Source: a virus. Taken from it: a stretch of 64,000 nucleotides of DNA. The notes beneath the pieces were generated by a model that was not told the origin of the DNA, did no database searches, and saw nothing but the letters and a program-made list of their open reading frames with translations. Made by a program: the position numbers and the translations under genes. The stretch is taken from IMG/VR virus record IMGVR_UViG_3300034158_000007, positions 32,001-96,000 of that record. One strand, written 5' to 3'. Within the stretch, counting starts at the first letter, position 1. The number at the start of each line of letters is the position of its first letter. This document shows, piece by piece, positions 45,255-55,324 of this stretch.

Positions 45255-46787
45255 TTAATCCCAAGCGTCACCGTCTTCGCCATTACCAATCACGGAACCC
45301 GGTACTACCTTCATGGAGTAGTCTTCTTCCTTATCGATGTCCCACAGCATCGTACCAATTTGCGACATAGGCAATAGAACGTATTGATCTTCAACTGCGG
45401 TAACGGTGTTACGGTGTTTACCACGTTGCAGAGCCAGATACGCACGACCCTTACGTCGGATGATGTGGTGGAAGATCTCAAGGTCAGGTTCTTGACCCAA
45501 TCGACGGCAACCATCGTAGTAACCTTTGTTGGCTACGGTCTGTACGAAGTCCTCTGTGTTCTCACGCTGGAGTTGCAGTGCATCAGATGACATCTGGTGA
45601 GGGGACAGGAATGTAATACCTCGTGGCGCAGTGTAGTTACGCATACGACGGAACAACAGTCGAATGTCATCACCCGCAATCTTAGCATCGAGTCCAGTCT
45701 TAGGTAACATGTTGAGATAGTCAACAGTCAGGTATTGAAGTTCAAAGCCTTGACCTTGGAGAGAATCAAGATACGTCACAAAACCAGCAACCGTAAATTC
45801 GGTTGGGTCAAAGCGAATCATCTTAACTTTAAAACCATTTTCCTCTAGACGACCACAGACATACTGAGCAGCTTCACGCGGATCAATATCACGGACTACA
45901 ATCTCTTCACCCGTTTCGTTCTCACGGATGTATTTGTACATGGTCAACAAGTTGTCGTTGATTTCGTTCTCGAGTGTTACGAAAAGAATCAAAGGTTTCT
46001 TAGTACGGTCACGTAGAAACGGTTTGTTGAACAGACATACGTGGCAGAACAAGAACATCGCTAGGAAGGATTTAAAGTTGTGTTGCAGTGCAGACGTAAT
46101 AATGAACTCTCCTCGACGGAAAGCACCTAGACTACCCAGCATTTTGTTGAAGCCTTTCCAACCTAACTTAAATGCACCGTCAGCAGACAGTGTATCTTTT
46201 GCAGCTTCGAAGAAACCAGCTACATCATCCGGGTTATCGAAATCGATAGCTCCCATCTCAGCAGGGTGCTTAGACTCAGCCCGAGCTTTGATGTATGGTT
46301 CCAGTTTGGTACCCATCTCGTTTACCATAGACGCGATGTCTAGGTTACCACGGTCGAACAAAGCCTTCTGAGAATACTCTTTCAGGATGGTCTTAATAGT
46401 GGTGTCATTGAGATAATAGTTTAGGGCTGCACGTCGACTATTAATAGCCTTCATGATTGCCATGCCATCTGGGAAGTTCTCAAGTACGCCTTGTTCTACT
46501 GAATCGTATAGGAAAGATTCCTCACGGCAACTTACACGAACCAACTGTAATACTTCTTGCGACCCCGGAAAAGCATTAGCCGGTTTCTGATTAAGTTCAT
46601 TAACCAGATTGCGCAGTTCCAGAAACGTCTGACGACCATGGTCATGATCGACTGTGGTTTCCTTAAGGTCCAGTGATGCTACAACCCTTTCGATCAATTC
46701 TGTAGACGGCGAAGCGGGTGAATCTTCACGGTGTTCCAGACATAACAGAGTGGCACACTGAACGAGTAATTGTTTGGGAGAAGCCAT
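45255..46787 (-). CDS. dnaB: DnaB-like replicative helicase (phiKZ gp118-like)
   Basis: GAFRRGEFIITSALQHNFKS (variant Walker A), FVTLE, TVDYLNML (Walker B) and SPHQMS motifs; synteny. Confidence 0.85.
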   Translation of the reverse strand: MASPKQLLVQCATLLCLEHREDSPASPSTELIERVVASLDLKETTVDHDHGRQTFLELRNLVNELNQKPANAFPGSQEVLQLVRVSCREESFLYDSVEQGVLENFPDGMAIMKAINSRRAALNYYLNDTTIKTILKEYSQKALFDRGNLDIASMVNEMGTKLEPYIKARAESKHPAEMGAIDFDNPDDVAGFFEAAKDTLSADGAFKLGWKGFNKMLGSLGAFRRGEFIITSALQHNFKSFLAMFLFCHVCLFNKPFLRDRTKKPLILFVTLENEINDNLLTMYKYIRENETGEEIVVRDIDPREAAQYVCGRLEENGFKVKMIRFDPTEFTVAGFVTYLDSLQGQGFELQYLTVDYLNMLPKTGLDAKIAGDDIRLLFRRMRNYTAPRGITFLSPHQMSSDALQLQRENTEDFVQTVANKGYYDGCRRLGQEPDLEIFHHIIRRKGRAYLALQRGKHRNTVTAVEDQYVLLPMSQIGTMLWDIDKEEDYSMKVVPGSVIGNGEDGDAWD

Positions 46788-46919
46788 TATGTTTCCTTAA
46801 AGTAAAAAGTAGTGGATGGTATCGTGTATCATTCTGTGTGTAGGTATTTAATTGTCATGTGAGTTTATCACAATGTTTATGTAGATATAACAACATGCCC
46901 AGACCAAAAGGTTAACTGT

Positions 46920-47456
46920 ATGCCCCAGCTCTTAGTTGTTCCTGAAGCTGTTTACGATCAGTTTAAAACTGACGGTGTTCTATTCAATCGCTTGTTGGAC
47001 ACCAACTATATAGCTAGTGTCAGTTCGGTTAACGACCTGGCGCAAATCGATATAGCTATGAACAAATTCCCCTTCACGTTCGATCCGAGTAGCGGTGTAA
47101 GCCTCGCTCCAAGTCCACGTGCAGGTATTGCTATCGCTGCGTCTACTGAGAACCTTGAACGGTTTAAGATGCAAGATATGCATAATGCTTTAGAGGAGCG
47201 CATTGAGACCATTGCACTCCGTCACGCTAGTCAACTTCAAGTTGTTAGTGAATATTCGCTTTATCCTGTAGACGAAAATCTTTGGGTTGCGGTGCAGAAG
47301 AGTCTGCCTATCACCAATAGCGATCCTGAACGGTATGCTTTAGTTAGTAACCGTACGTTCTTCGATAGTATGATTAATGAGTTGCTGCGCACCTGCAAAT
47401 TGAGTCAGGTAGCCCCAACGAACCTCTTCAGCTATTATCTTATGTCCAAGGTCTAG
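46920..47456 (+). CDS. Virion head-associated protein (phiKZ gp119-like)
   Basis: 178-aa ORF directly upstream of the major capsid gene. Confidence 0.6.
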   Translation: MPQLLVVPEAVYDQFKTDGVLFNRLLDTNYIASVSSVNDLAQIDIAMNKFPFTFDPSSGVSLAPSPRAGIAIAASTENLERFKMQDMHNALEERIETIALRHASQLQVVSEYSLYPVDENLWVAVQKSLPITNSDPERYALVSNRTFFDSMINELLRTCKLSQVAPTNLFSYYLMSKV

Positions 47457-47530
47457 TTCCGGTGAAAAATAGCCTGGACAAAAAGATACTCGTTTAAAAC
47501 CAAAACCCCATCCTGCGTAGGAAAACTTAG

Positions 47531-49753
47531 ATGAAAAACTTGAAATCTGTATTGAAAGCTTCTGCTACCGATAAACCAGTCTTCTCCATGGAAGGCTTCG
47601 TTGCATCCCTGAAGCTGGAAAATGATCTGGCCGATGGCCTGTTCTCTGTAGCAACTGCCGGTCTGGCAAAGACCATTGGTCTGGAATCCTTCGGTGAAGG
47701 TGAAGACAAACACGCTGCTTCGTCTGTGTACAAGCAACTGACTGCCCTGGCTACCAAGCTTGGCTTCGAACACTACATCTCCGAGAACCCACGCATCGCT
47801 GAGAACCAGCTGACTGCCGCATTCCTCGGTACCGTAGCTGCTGCTAACCCAGACCAGTACATCAAAGCACTTCGCGGTGTTTCGAAACTGATGCCTTCGA
47901 CTGAAAGCATTAAGTCCGTAGAACACAGCTTCAGTGGTCCAGCCGGTTCCGTACAGGTATTTGACGCTGAAGGCGCCAAGTCCATGGGTCTGGAAAACTA
48001 CAACGAGAAATCGCAACGTGACTTCCGTGTTGTAACCGTTGGTTATAACCTGGCTGCTTCCCGTCAGGACGAATTCTCCGAGCGGATCTACCCTACTACC
48101 GTTATCAACCCTATCGAGGGTGGTGTGGTACAGGTTCTGCCTTACATCGCCGTAATGAAAGACGTGCATCACGCTGTTAACGGTGCTCGCTGGAAGAACG
48201 ACGAAGTGAACATGGTAGAAGCATACCGTGATCCGTCGATTCTCGACGACAACGCAACTGATCTGATTCCTGCAATCAGCCCAGACGGCGTTAACCTGCA
48301 CTTCTTCGCTGACCCGGCTCTGATCCCTGCTGAGACCATCGTCAACGAACAAAACCTGTCGATTGAAACTGCGCCTCTGAAGCCTGGTATCAAGATCGAC
48401 CTGATGGGTAACTCCAACGCTAACATGCTGATCTCGGCTGGTATGCTTGAAGTTTCCGACTCGATCGACCCTGCTGGTCGTTTGAAGGCTCTGTACGTTA
48501 AGTTCCAAGGTAAAGTTATCAAGTTCAAAGTTGACCGCATGCCACGTGCTGTGTTCCAACCTGACCTGATCGGCGACACCCGTGGCGCTCGTATCGACTT
48601 CTTCACCGATGACCTGAGCGTAAGCTCGATCTCCCGTACTATCGATGGTGTTCAAACTGCTGCGATGCAAGAGCTGGAATCCCGTGAGTGGGTAATGCGT
48701 GTAAGCGTTGACTTCTCCGGTAACATCTCGCTGTCCCGTGGTGACTCCCGCTTCAATCCAGGCTCTGCCGAAATTGCTGCGATCCTGAACTCCGACCGTC
48801 GTCCTGTTGACATCACCACTGGTGCCGGTAAGACTCTGGTAGATAGCATCACCGATCTGGAAATCGTTGGTTTCGAACTGCATACTCGTTTCACCAACAC
48901 TAACCGTCGTCAGCGCGGTCACCTGTTGCAAACACGTGCTCTGCAATTCCGTCACCCTATCCCAATGCACGCGCCAGTAACCCTGCCGCTGAGCACCATG
49001 GATGAAGAAGGTCCAGGCGAAGTTGTTAAAGCTCTGACTGTTAACACCAACATCCGTAACAGCAACAACGCTGTTAAGACCCTGCTGAACTATCTGGCAC
49101 AGCTGAAGGAATTGACTGGTAACGGCTTCAACCGTCCTACCATCAACGTATACGAGGGTGCTCTGGCCGCAGTAATGCGTCCTACCTACTACTACGATAC
49201 CATGCACCTGCCAGACATGATCGATACCCTGAAGTCGAAAGACCGTTGGGACGACGTGTGCAGCGCGATCCTGAACAAAGTTAAAGGTCGTCTGTTCCCT
49301 GCGTACCGTGACTCGAACATCGAGGCAACATTCCGTGTAATCTCGGGCAACCAAGATGAGCGTCCAATGTTCCTGTTCTGCTCGGACAAAGAGATCGCTA
49401 ACTACCTGATGACTAAAGGCGACGACCGTACCCTGGGTGCATACCTGGAATACGACATCGTTTCCACTAACAACGAACTGTTCGACGGTAAGTTGGTAGT
49501 AGTTCCGACCCGTAAGACTCCAGCCGAAAACGACATCCTGTCCTTCGGTCAGTTCTTCTACGTGTCGACCATCATCGCCGACCTGCCGATCTCCCGTGGT
49601 GGTCATCAGATCTCCCGTGAAATCGCAGCCATCCCATTCAACCTGCACATCAACAACATTCCATTCGCACTGGAATTCGATGTAACAGGCTTCGAAGAAG
49701 TGATGGGTCACTCGATGTGGAACAAGCCAGTTGTTGACGGTCTGAATGCCTGA
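47531..49753 (+). CDS. Major capsid protein (phiKZ gp120-like)
   Basis: 740 aa with very strong high-expression codon bias; SME, IGLE and MGLE propeptide cleavage motifs; YNLAASRQDEFSERIYPT segment; synteny. Confidence 0.9.
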   Translation: MKNLKSVLKASATDKPVFSMEGFVASLKLENDLADGLFSVATAGLAKTIGLESFGEGEDKHAASSVYKQLTALATKLGFEHYISENPRIAENQLTAAFLGTVAAANPDQYIKALRGVSKLMPSTESIKSVEHSFSGPAGSVQVFDAEGAKSMGLENYNEKSQRDFRVVTVGYNLAASRQDEFSERIYPTTVINPIEGGVVQVLPYIAVMKDVHHAVNGARWKNDEVNMVEAYRDPSILDDNATDLIPAISPDGVNLHFFADPALIPAETIVNEQNLSIETAPLKPGIKIDLMGNSNANMLISAGMLEVSDSIDPAGRLKALYVKFQGKVIKFKVDRMPRAVFQPDLIGDTRGARIDFFTDDLSVSSISRTIDGVQTAAMQELESREWVMRVSVDFSGNISLSRGDSRFNPGSAEIAAILNSDRRPVDITTGAGKTLVDSITDLEIVGFELHTRFTNTNRRQRGHLLQTRALQFRHPIPMHAPVTLPLSTMDEEGPGEVVKALTVNTNIRNSNNAVKTLLNYLAQLKELTGNGFNRPTINVYEGALAAVMRPTYYYDTMHLPDMIDTLKSKDRWDDVCSAILNKVKGRLFPAYRDSNIEATFRVISGNQDERPMFLFCSDKEIANYLMTKGDDRTLGAYLEYDIVSTNNELFDGKLVVVPTRKTPAENDILSFGQFFYVSTIIADLPISRGGHQISREIAAIPFNLHINNIPFALEFDVTGFEEVMGHSMWNKPVVDGLNA

Positions 49754-49854
49754 GACACTAAGGGCGGACTCCGTTACTACGAAGACGGCACAACCGTCAG
49801 GCTAGAAGAAAGCGGGCTCCCCCGCCGACTAGAGCGGTGACACTAGGTCATATT

Positions 49855-49874
49855 GCCAGCACTTAGGTGCTGGC
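49855..49874. terminator. Hairpin of repeated family (capsid terminator)
   Basis: CATATT-GCCAGCAC-TTAG-GTGCTGGC-TTTATG. Confidence 0.75.
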
Positions 49875-49910
49875 TTTATGTCGTCTTGGTCCAATAGAAA
49901 TAATCTCAAG

Positions 49911-49930
49911 TTTATATCATGCTAGTGTAT
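49911..49930 (+). promoter_or_regulatory. Possible variant early promoter
   Basis: TATATCAT-GCTAGTGTAT resembles TATATTAC-TTTAGTGAAT. Confidence 0.4.
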
Positions 49931-49961
49931 CTACAATCAATGTTGACTAGAGGAAACTACA

Positions 49962-50405
49962 ATGAGCTTCTTTAAACGCTATGACGCTGCTGTAAAGCAG
50001 AAGCAAAACGACACCGGTATGACACACGGTGATTTCTATGTAACCCCAGAAGAGGTTATGCAAGATATTACTCCAGTTACTAATAGTGTACCAACCGTTG
50101 AATTGGTTGATATAGTCGAAGTAACCCAAACTCCAATGCATCCCATCGTGGATGACATTATGCCCTCTAACCTCCCCGAGCTTGAAGCTAAGTTCGAGAA
50201 AGCACATCGGAGGGCAGCTAGGCCAACACACCGTGAAAGCCAAGCGAGTGAAACCAAAGCTGGACGAGTTCGAAACCGTGATCATGCGCCGTCGAAACGA
50301 TCTCGGAGAATGGACGAAGGTGAAGGTCCGTCGTCGAAAAACTCAAAGCGTGCCTCCAAATATACGGTACGCCAACAGCGATGTGAAAAACGTGTTCTAG
50401 ATTAA
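49962..50405 (+). CDS. Hypothetical protein; C-terminal part probably encoded in the +1 frame (stop 50400)
   Basis: GAGGA RBS. Typical codons to about 50200, then atypical Arg/Ser codons, while the overlapping +1 frame shows typical codons. Confidence 0.55.
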   Translation: MSFFKRYDAAVKQKQNDTGMTHGDFYVTPEEVMQDITPVTNSVPTVELVDIVEVTQTPMHPIVDDIMPSNLPELEAKFEKAHRRAARPTHRESQASETKAGRVRNRDHAPSKRSRRMDEGEGPSSKNSKRASKYTVRQQRCEKRVLD

Positions 50406-50429
50406 TCATCCCCAAGGAAACCAACCCAT

Positions 50430-51503
50430 ATGGAAAAAACCTTTTACGGGACTAAGCTGGAACCAGCGTATCACCTTGCAGAAAACCCTCTACCTCGAAC
50501 GCTGGCGTCCTTCCGTGATTTCAACGGAGTTCATCGTGGAGGGTTGACTACATCAACTGAGTTTGAAAACCAGTCCGGTAAGAACCTAACCATCCTAACT
50601 CCATTAGGGATGACGGTAACTTTACCGGCTAATACCCAATCCACTCGGAATACGTTGGTTATAACACACACGTTCTTAATAGGTCCCGAAGCTAAGTTTG
50701 ATTGGTCAACCATTATTACTAATGCACGGCCAGAAGACAAAGCTGTTCTTATTGAATTGTCGGAGAAGTTTAAAAGCCAAGAACCCTGTACAACGAGTCG
50801 TGAAGTAAAGCTATACAACATCGTAGAACTAACAGGTGTGGAGGGTTATAAGAACGGCATACTGATCGGCGAGTCTGGCTATCAAGTGGTGGCTACCGAA
50901 CATGCAGCTCTGGCTCAACCATTTGTGAAAGGCGTGATCGTTCCACAGCAGATCCTGTGCAGTACCTTAAATGAGCGATGTCATTCATCAATCACCACGG
51001 TGTACGAATATGTGGTCAACTATGCTGAGCGCGCAACACCTGTTTATATAGCTGGCCATAAGGGTACCTTCAATCAGCTTAAGCCTTGTGTTGATCCTCT
51101 ACGCGATGAGGGGATGTACATAACCACCTTTGACGACCAATCGGTTTCCTTAGGGCTCACTGCAACTGGTGAGTTGTTACAAGCACATCGTAACCGTGTG
51201 CACTATGTACCGCTTAAAGATTTCGTTGAATACGGTTTCTTAAAAAGCCCATCTGACATCCTTGAAGCATTCGGAGGTAAGACGCATGATAAGAAACGAA
51301 CTGACAAACTGTTAAAAGACTTCGAGGAATTTCTACGTTCTAAAACAGAGATACCTAATGACCGACGAAGACCATTCGCCGATCAAGTGTTTGATGCAGA
51401 TCTACATGGTTTTAACTTGAAAGACGTGGGGGAACTAGCTGTTAAGTTTGGTAAGTTGCTCAAAGATGTAAAAAGTGTGTTTAACGAAACGCGGAGCTTC
51501 TAA
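50430..51503 (+). CDS. Conserved hypothetical protein (phiKZ gp122-like)
   Basis: 357-aa ORF coupled (TAATG) to the RNAP subunit. Confidence 0.65.
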   Translation: MEKTFYGTKLEPAYHLAENPLPRTLASFRDFNGVHRGGLTTSTEFENQSGKNLTILTPLGMTVTLPANTQSTRNTLVITHTFLIGPEAKFDWSTIITNARPEDKAVLIELSEKFKSQEPCTTSREVKLYNIVELTGVEGYKNGILIGESGYQVVATEHAALAQPFVKGVIVPQQILCSTLNERCHSSITTVYEYVVNYAERATPVYIAGHKGTFNQLKPCVDPLRDEGMYITTFDDQSVSLGLTATGELLQAHRNRVHYVPLKDFVEYGFLKSPSDILEAFGGKTHDKKRTDKLLKDFEEFLRSKTEIPNDRRRPFADQVFDADLHGFNLKDVGELAVKFGKLLKDVKSVFNETRSF

Positions 51504-53125
51504 TGGATAAATTTCTAATCAGCAAGATGTTGGATCATGTTAAACCATTTAACAAAACGCTTGCTGATGGTATTGCACTTGAACACCTGATGGGAGTTAA
51601 CTCGGCTGGCGTATGTAACCGTCGAGCGTATATCGATAAGCTGTGGGCAATCAACGCCTCTATGTTCCCTAAAGGGTTCAAGTATGAGGGTAGTGTTGTG
51701 ATGCGTCCAGAACGCATGTTCGATGAGATTACACGTGAGTATGGTTCGAAGCGCAATGCTAACATCGCCAAGACTAACTCTCGCATGATCGCACTGAAGT
51801 CAAGCCTTCACGGTGTACCACTGTTTGATCGCTATATCCTGATCCCGTTTGCAAGTCAGGGTGGTACCTGCCCTATTAACGGTGCAACGTATCAGATCTC
51901 TCCAGTTATGACCGACGTGGGTTACTCGGTACTCAACAACAGTATCTTTATTCCGTTCCAACGTGCCAAGCTTACATTCAAGCAGATCGATCATCACTAC
52001 GTGTGTAATGGTCAGCGTGAGATTAAGTATGTCATCTGGTCTCAGATTCACAACGAGATGGGTAAACGTACTAAGCGCGATCTCAACAACCGACCTTTCA
52101 TTGAATCATGCCTCGCGCATTACTTCTTCTGTGAATACGGTGTAAAGGAAACCTTTAAGCGTTGGGCTAATACCGACGTTGAGATTGGTTACCTCAAAGA
52201 CCTCGATCCAGTTAAGTTCCCTCGCGATGAATGGAACGTGTTCCAGTCGGCTACTCTGACTGGTAATCACCCAACTGGCGAAATGGCAATTGCTGTTCCT
52301 AAGTCTGCGAACTCCGAGTTTGTGAATCGTTTGATCGCAGGCTTCTGGTATGTGGTTGATGCTTTCCCTGCTCGCTTCGTAGAACCGCACTACATGGATT
52401 CTAAGGATCTGTGGCGCATCATCCTAGGTCTCATGATCTTCGGTGACTATGAGCACCAAGGTAAGCTGGCTGAGAACATCGATGCTCACCTGACCTCCTT
52501 CAATAACTATCTCGATGAGATGACCATTAAGGGTTTGGGTAGCGTGGGCATTAAAGTCAACACGATCTGGGAGCTACTGTACCTGATCATGACTGACATG
52601 GCACATCACCTCTACGATACAGACATCGATGAAACCAGTCTATGGTCTAAATCACTGAGCGTGCTTAAGTATGTATTCGATGACCTGAACTATGCTATCA
52701 CCATGTTCGGCTATTCGTTCCAGTCTCGACTGAACAAAGACTGGACGGCTCAAGAGATCAATGACGCTATGAAGCGTTCATTCAAACTGAACACGTGTAT
52801 GCGTAAGCTTACTAGTGAGCACGGCGAATTTGATACCGTGAGTTATCCAGGTGACAACAAAGCAATCAAGCTTACATCGATTGTAGTACCACAAGACAGA
52901 GCACGCACCAAGGGCGGACACAACAAGTCCTTGATCGGTGACTCCAGTCGATTGATTCACGTATCCCTTGCAGACGTGGGTCAGTTTAAGAACCAACCGA
53001 AGAACAACCCGGATGGCCGTGGTCGGATTAACCTGTATACGCCAATTGGTCATGATGGCCTGATTCACAGACGTGAAGAAGATCGTGAACAACTCGATGC
53101 AGTGCAAGCGCGTTTCAATCGATAA
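51503..53125 (+). CDS. Non-virion RNA polymerase beta subunit, N-terminal part (phiKZ gp123-like)
   Basis: 540 aa with INGATYQISPV, IFIPF.R.KLTF and SRLIHVS segments; size and position match gp123. Confidence 0.8.
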   Translation: MDKFLISKMLDHVKPFNKTLADGIALEHLMGVNSAGVCNRRAYIDKLWAINASMFPKGFKYEGSVVMRPERMFDEITREYGSKRNANIAKTNSRMIALKSSLHGVPLFDRYILIPFASQGGTCPINGATYQISPVMTDVGYSVLNNSIFIPFQRAKLTFKQIDHHYVCNGQREIKYVIWSQIHNEMGKRTKRDLNNRPFIESCLAHYFFCEYGVKETFKRWANTDVEIGYLKDLDPVKFPRDEWNVFQSATLTGNHPTGEMAIAVPKSANSEFVNRLIAGFWYVVDAFPARFVEPHYMDSKDLWRIILGLMIFGDYEHQGKLAENIDAHLTSFNNYLDEMTIKGLGSVGIKVNTIWELLYLIMTDMAHHLYDTDIDETSLWSKSLSVLKYVFDDLNYAITMFGYSFQSRLNKDWTAQEINDAMKRSFKLNTCMRKLTSEHGEFDTVSYPGDNKAIKLTSIVVPQDRARTKGGHNKSLIGDSSRLIHVSLADVGQFKNQPKNNPDGRGRINLYTPIGHDGLIHRREEDREQLDAVQARFNR

Positions 53126-53151
53126 TCAATTCAATCATTAAAGGGTCGCAT

Positions 53152-55269
53152 ATGTTCCAGAACAACTTCAACCAGCAAGTTCGTCTCCCAGTACCGTTCA
53201 ACGGTGTGGATCAGTCGACTCTCTCTAACAATCTGCCACAGGGTAACGATCGTCTCCCTAACGTACAGCTTTCTCCTTGGATGAATGCGAACCAGCAGAT
53301 TGGTTTGCTGGCTTTGGGGACACTTCGTCAACACGCGCAGAACTCGATCCAAAAGTCGGGTACTCACTGTGCAGCTTATAACCTGTTGGCGCAGGGCGGT
53401 TTCACCGGTAGCCAAATCTATGCCGAATATGGTCAGATGGTAATTGACTTCGTAGAGTTCCTCTGCGTGGTCAAACGCTATCAGCCACAAGAAGCAGTGA
53501 AGATGGCTGCTCAACGTGTGTATGAAGCTCTGCTGGCCGTTGTATTCGGTACCTACGCCGGTGAGTTGCAGAACGAACAAGTAACCCCTAGCGGTTACTG
53601 GGCTGGCTTGCAAACAGCAGCGCAGATCTTCCAGTCGGTTACTAATGACATCCGTCAGTATAAGTCGGGTGCCTATAACCAACAGCAACCACAGTTCCAA
53701 CAACCTACTGGTTTCCCAGGCGGTACTCAACTGCCTCCGATCGGTCACTACCAGCAAAACAATGGTGGGTATCACGTACCACCTGTGAACAATGGGATTA
53801 GCCAATTCCAGACTTCGGGCTATAAGCCTAATGGTGGTAATGGTGGCGGGTATCACATTCCTCAGGATGGTGGTACCGATGGTGTAGCTAGTTCGTTCTA
53901 TGACGAACCAGCTCCAACCAAGCCACTGATGCCGGTTGAAGAGATCAGCAGCGACAATGGTTACTATGCTCAATCCACCCATCAGGAAGCTCCTAAAATG
54001 CAAACCTTCAACCAAGTAGCACCTAACCAGTTCGTAGAACCGGAAGAAACCAACCTGCCTGTACCGATGAACGTCGATCAGGTTGTTGTAGATCCTACCT
54101 ACTACGCTCCACAAGGCGTTAAGCTGGATCTTAAGCGTCCATACGACACTGTGTATGCCCCAGGCGGTATCGTCGCACGTCCGGCTCACCAAGTGGACTG
54201 GGAAGTAACCTTCGGTGATGACATGCCGTGGCTGCAACTGGTTGACCCGTCTCGCTTCTGTGTCTTCCTCGTGAAGTTCCCGGATGGCGTGGTTAAAGAG
54301 AAATTCGTAGAATGGAACCCAAGCATGCAATACCTCCGTCATGAACTCGATGCGGACATGATCCGTAAAGCCTATCGTCCTAATGGCGAAGTGGTAGCTA
54401 ACGATGTACCAATGTCCACCATCGGTGGCGATGCTGCACCTGAAGCTGATGTAGCCATGCTGGTTAAAGATGGTCACCTGAAGCGTAGCATGGTTCCACC
54501 AGTGATCCTGGAACGTACCTTCACCGGTACTACCGATCTGGATATCGAAGCTCAAGTCTCTGAAGAACTCCAGAACCTGTTGGAAGTCAACTTCACCAAA
54601 GAGATCCCACAGCCTGCTGCGGAATATCGTTCGTCATACCTGCACCCACTGAACATCAGTGACGAAGCTTATGACCAACTGACCATGTTGGCTAAGCAAG
54701 AAGTTCTGGGTCAAGTTGCACTGGGTCTGCGTGAACTGGTTGCTCAAGGTATCCTGCCACTGCGTCACTATAACTTCCTCAACGCCCGTTACACTGCGGC
54801 TGTGAACGAAGTACTGCGTGACTCGCTGGCACTGACCATCGACATCAGTGACTTCTGTGAAGACTACGTACAACTGGAAGAATACCTCCAGGCTAAACGT
54901 GGTGAGCCAATGGTAGCAGTTCTGCGCTCGGCAGGCATCGCCATCAACAACAAAGCAATGTGCCTGATGGATCTGGTTGACGATGAGTCTTCCAACTACT
55001 GGGTTGCTGATAACTACCTGAACTTCCAACTGGGTTGGAGCCTGGCTGATCTGGCAGCTACCAACGTCCGTAAAGGTAAGGCTGTACTGATCTCTGCATC
55101 GGCACACCCAACCGTACTGGAAGTCCTGAAAGGGATGATCGGTCGTGCTAACAAGAGCGAAGAGTTCATTGTTGGTACTATGCGTTTGATCACCAGTGAT
55201 GGTCACTACCTCGAAGTGATTCGTGGTCGTCTGGTAGCGAAGGCAGTTCTGTTGAAGCTGGTTAGCTAA
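53152..55269 (+). CDS. Conserved jumbo-phage protein with Q/N/G/P-rich low-complexity region
   Basis: 705 aa, strong codon bias, follows the nvRNAP subunit. Confidence 0.75.
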   Translation: MFQNNFNQQVRLPVPFNGVDQSTLSNNLPQGNDRLPNVQLSPWMNANQQIGLLALGTLRQHAQNSIQKSGTHCAAYNLLAQGGFTGSQIYAEYGQMVIDFVEFLCVVKRYQPQEAVKMAAQRVYEALLAVVFGTYAGELQNEQVTPSGYWAGLQTAAQIFQSVTNDIRQYKSGAYNQQQPQFQQPTGFPGGTQLPPIGHYQQNNGGYHVPPVNNGISQFQTSGYKPNGGNGGGYHIPQDGGTDGVASSFYDEPAPTKPLMPVEEISSDNGYYAQSTHQEAPKMQTFNQVAPNQFVEPEETNLPVPMNVDQVVVDPTYYAPQGVKLDLKRPYDTVYAPGGIVARPAHQVDWEVTFGDDMPWLQLVDPSRFCVFLVKFPDGVVKEKFVEWNPSMQYLRHELDADMIRKAYRPNGEVVANDVPMSTIGGDAAPEADVAMLVKDGHLKRSMVPPVILERTFTGTTDLDIEAQVSEELQNLLEVNFTKEIPQPAAEYRSSYLHPLNISDEAYDQLTMLAKQEVLGQVALGLRELVAQGILPLRHYNFLNARYTAAVNEVLRDSLALTIDISDFCEDYVQLEEYLQAKRGEPMVAVLRSAGIAINNKAMCLMDLVDDESSNYWVADNYLNFQLGWSLADLAATNVRKGKAVLISASAHPTVLEVLKGMIGRANKSEEFIVGTMRLITSDGHYLEVIRGRLVAKAVLLKLVS

Positions 55270-55278
55270 CGTCATAAT

Positions 55279-55300
55279 GGCCCTACCTTCGGGTAGGGTC
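55279..55300 (+). terminator. Hairpin of repeated family
   Basis: CATAAT-GGCCCTACC-TTCG-GGTAGGGTC-TATTT. Confidence 0.75.
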
Positions 55301-55324
55301 TATTTCGTCTTAAGGGGTATAACA

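Noticed and set aside
45255-46787. Non-canonical Walker A (ALQHNFKS) in DnaB as a novelty
   Set aside because: Recalled as a shared feature of phiKZ-like helicases, so not specific to this genome.
47453-49711. 752-aa minus-strand ORF antisense to the major capsid gene
   Set aside because: It is an in-register mirror of a strongly RNY-biased gene, has no RBS or recognisable motifs, and has the Val/Phe/Gln-rich composition typical of shadow ORFs.
49751-49790. Selenocysteine recoding of the capsid TGA
   Set aside because: No bacterial SECIS-like stem at the required spacing and no redox motif context.
49760-49830. tRNA-like cloverleaf after the capsid gene
   Set aside because: No T-loop (GTTCRA), no 7-nt anticodon loop and no CCA end.
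53131-54555. 474-aa minus-strand ORF (also 54634..55275, 11518..12498, 15238..16179, 21563..22414, 61517..62428)
   Set aside because: All are antisense shadows of well-supported high-expression genes.
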